A stretch of DNA of 63,506 nt, counting the filler, from Catajapyx aquilonaris (Eukaryota), in the NCBI GenBank assembly GCA_000934665.2. It is 3 parts of 3 records of this genome, joined end to end, with 100 filler letters (N's around TTAATTAATTAA, not from the genome) between each part and the next. Parts side by side here need not be neighbours in the genome. Positions count along the whole stretch, not along the records: positions 42,501 to 63,506 come from JYFJ02006153.1; 2 more parts are not named here. One strand, written 5' to 3'. The translations under genes and the position numbers were made by a program. The notes below the pieces were generated by a model. That model did no database searches. It saw only the letters and a program-made list of their open reading frames with translations, and was not told where the DNA came from. How positions within the stretch are numbered: position 1 is the first letter of the stretch; each line of letters opens with the position of its first letter. Of the stretch, positions 59,972 through 63,506 are shown piece after piece.

Positions 59972-62900
59972 GTGCGTTCCATCCCCCATGCATGGAACCG
60001 GCATTTTTTTTTGCTTCGTATGGATGGTGTCACACCCCCTCCACCCCTCCCCCACCTCATTTGACAGCTGCCTTCCGAATCCAACATGGCCGCTTCGGTT
60101 CTTCCTCTTTTTTTTCTTCTTTTTTTCTTTTTTTTCTTTTTACGGGTACTCACCCTCCCCCTCTCCCCTCCCTGCTCCTCCGCTCGCACTCCCACCGATT
60201 TACATAGCGCCGATTCTGGCCGCTTGGAGGCGACATGGATCGGCCCCTGAATGCGACGTTGACAAGTCGACTGGAACCGGTTTTATGCCTGGATTTCAAT
60301 TTTCTTAAAAAAAAAAAAAATGGGAGAGAAAAAAATTGCGGAACTTTTAATGGCTTTGCGCAAAAATGTGCATAAAAATGGAATGGGAGTGTTGAAGAGC
60401 CAGTCAGCCGAAATTTCAATTTTCGTGTAATTTGCCGGATTCAATTTTGCAATTTGCAGTGCAGTTCATGTGAGAAAAACTGACAGGAGATTGGACGTGG
60501 TCGAAAGAGATGATAAAATTGGAGGCTTTCATGTAATGAGGGATGTTCAGTGCAATGCATTTCACATCACATGGAATGAAACCTGTCTATAACGGAATCG
60601 GTCGTCAGTTTTTTTTGTATTTCCTTACTGAACAGGTTTCCGTTACGTACTGTAAGACAGGAATACATTGAAGAGCCATGCTCGAAGGTTGGTAGTGGAG
60701 ACTTTTCCATTATTCGATTACGTGTAATCACTTTCCGTAAATAAGCTACTTATTTGTGATTACACGACAGTATATACAACATAACCCCTTTACTCAAGAC
60801 CAAACAAAAATTACCGTAATGGACAAGTTTTCGCTAAATACAGGGCCCTTTACAGACACATGTTTCTCCATATTTTGCAAAAGAAAAACTGTATTAAAGA
60901 ACCAGACTTTTCACAATAATGTAACTCGTAACAAACCTGTATGTACCAGAACAAGTAGAACTGAACATTTCAGGCTGATTTGTGTTCTTTGCGTCCTTTT
61001 TCCAATTGATTGACGTAGTCGGTACAATTTTTATGTAGCTGCTATTGATTTGCTCTCCTCGAAAGCGCAGTTGCAGATGTTGGAAATGTGATTGATGTCT
61101 TATACATGTCTTTTCAGTTGGCCATGCCTAGCCTATATTACCATTCGAATGGCATGTAAATATTGAATGTTTTGTAAAAAGCCGAATTATTGTGCGAATT
61201 ATGAACTGAATTTGAAAGCATCGTCCCACTCCCACTAATATCAACTTGCAGGCATTAAGTGAATTTTGTTGCAGCAGAAAATGCTTATGTAACACTAATT
61301 TGTCTCTCGCATCTTCAAGTCTGGGCAAAATCATCCGTCTGATTGGCAGAAAAAAATCTGGCTCGTTCATTTTTACTGCAGTATGCAGCGTACGAAAAAT
61401 GTTTTTAAAAAATGTCTGACTACAAAAAACAGCATTTTTTTCTGACAGATCGCCAGCTATATTGCTGTTTACAGCACTGCAGAGTCTACTTTCGCATACA
61501 GATGTTTTTTTATGACCAGTTTTGCACGCAGCATGCTTGTGTCAGGAAATTGCAAAAGAAAGATCACTAGAAAGCGGATCAACTTTGACTTTTTCGGCAA
61601 TAAATCTGACGCATACTTCAGATTACGTGTGAAGATATGTGTAGGTATTGCTTCCAGATGGTCGATAATATTGTGTGGAAAAACTTCTGAAATAGCTTCC
61701 TGCCTTTCTCACAGCCATTGACTGCCTTCTCTCTCTCTTTTTTTTCAAATGGGTCATTGAACCTGTTGTTCTCGTTACTGGAAGCTAATTTTACCAGATA
61801 AGTATTGATCACAAGGAGGGGGTGAAGTTAGACTGCACCTAATCAAGGAGACAGAATTGAAATACCTGCTGGCCTGATTCTCACACAACATGTGATCGTG
61901 AACAAATATGATATTGGACATTAGGTTGTGTGGGGGATGGGCGTGACTCTTAATAAAGGGGAAATGACTGGTGTTGTATGGCAAATTGATAATAGGGTAG
62001 GCTCGAAAGCAGGACATATGTCGTTAAGTTTTTTCCGGAATGGGCAGATTAGCTTATGAAAAATTTTCATATCAGCAGGGGTTTTCCCAAGCACATCCGA
62101 TATTTCAAGCTCAGGTTTCTCGACATTATCAGAATGCTGTTAAGCTATCCGGTAATAGGGCCTACTTGTCATAGTTTGGAGTGTTTCTGACATGCCATTT
62201 TTTCCACCCTCTGAACCACTTTTAAAGTCAACTATATTTGTTCGATAGCTTGGCTGCTACAGCACTGTTGGAAGGGACGTACAGCTTGAATTTTCCCCCC
62301 CCTATTTCAACTGTTACAATTTTGCTTCCAAGCAGCTAAAACATGGTAATTGCTGCATCAATCTGGCCAGTGTGTACGCAGGTGAATTACATTCTTCTCA
62401 AAAGGCAGGTTGTACTGTGGCTAGGAACCGGTTTTTTGGCTGCAAAAGTGACAGGAAAATTGACAATTTTATTCAGTGAAATTCCACTTTCTTGTGACTT
62501 TTCCAGCCGCAGAAAGTGGTTTGTGGCAACCGGCTCTAAGTGATAAAGATATCTTGACAAGTGAGTAGGTGAGAGCTTAGTAATATGGCTCCATTTGTAT
62601 CTTTGTCAATCTAATAGTAATGCAGAAATCTTGTAGGCTGATGCGTTACTTCTTAGTTCTTTCTTGTCAATTGTTACATCTGGGTCACATGCTAAAACTG
62701 CTGACCTAACATGTTCCATACACAATTATTTAGTCTTTTAGAGGAGGGATTGAGTGACTCATCACTCATCAGGTATAAATTATATGCACGCTCACCAGCA
62801 CGAGCAGCTTTGTATTGAAAGGGTATTTTGTCTAATAACGTATGTGCGAAATATTTTCGTGAGTAATTTAACTTTAATTTATTCAATTTTTAATTTGTTT

Positions 62901-63412
62901 AATTTTTGCCAGCAATGAATGACATCCATTCAAGATTAAACCTTCCTTAGTGATAATGTAACCAAACTTGGAGCCTTGAATCGCTTTTAGATTTTGGCAA
63001 GATTATTGTAGAGTACTTTGTTGTTGTTTTTTATCTTGGACGACCAAAATAGTAATAACGTAAAAGTTTGTTACGGGAGATGCGCAGGTATATGTGCCAC
63101 GTGGTGCTTCGTCGCTGCCTCGCGAATGTTGTTATGTACAGCTCAGATGTTTGCAACTATTTAACAGCATAACATATCATAAATATGATAATAATCCGTA
63201 TAAGAAAGTGACTTCATCCCCTTTATACTGTATAACCTTGTGTTTCATTATACTGCATCTATGTAACGTAACGTTTTAAAAATTGCAGTATTCATGCATG
63301 ACTGCTGACTAGCACACAGTGTGTCACAAATTAAACTCGACACGTGGGACATACTATTATAAATTGAATCGCGTAACTTGCCGTGTTAATCTGTCATTGC
63401 AAATATAACTGA

Positions 63413-63506
63413 CTAGCAGGATACCCGGCGTTGCTCGGGTTATGAAAGACTTTTCCATAGGAGTGACTCATTGATTTAGTAGTAACCTTTGCAATAATTA
63501 TGGCTA
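63413..63506 (-). mobile_element. 3' end of a Helitron (partial)
   Basis: ACTAG...ACCCGGCGTTGCTCGGG, the same terminal hairpin and CTAG as at 24393. Confidence 0.7.

Overview
AT-rich, intron-containing animal genomic DNA, probably from an arthropod. It comes from a draft assembly with N gaps and two artificial 100-nt contig spacers. Four conserved host genes were reconstructed exon by exon: (1) CC2D1/lethal giant discs (minus strand, 3' end beyond the window); (2) CNPPD1 (minus strand, apparently complete); (3) RanBP9/10 (RanBPM; plus strand, 5' SPRY exons missing); (4) the first exon of G-alpha-o. A candidate small secreted-protein gene at 11782-14810 is only partly visible in the ORF track. 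The 21-kb block between the spacers is mostly decayed mobile DNA. It holds a CMC/EnSpm-like element whose intronless zinc-finger transposase sits inside intron 1 of a spliced SAM-domain (SAMD3-like) gene, plus MADF and ankyrin pseudogenes and nested MITEs and a Helitron. Three tRNA-derived SINE families with shared modules, many MITEs and (AAT)n microsatellites occur across the window. Family names come from motif recognition; no database searches were run.
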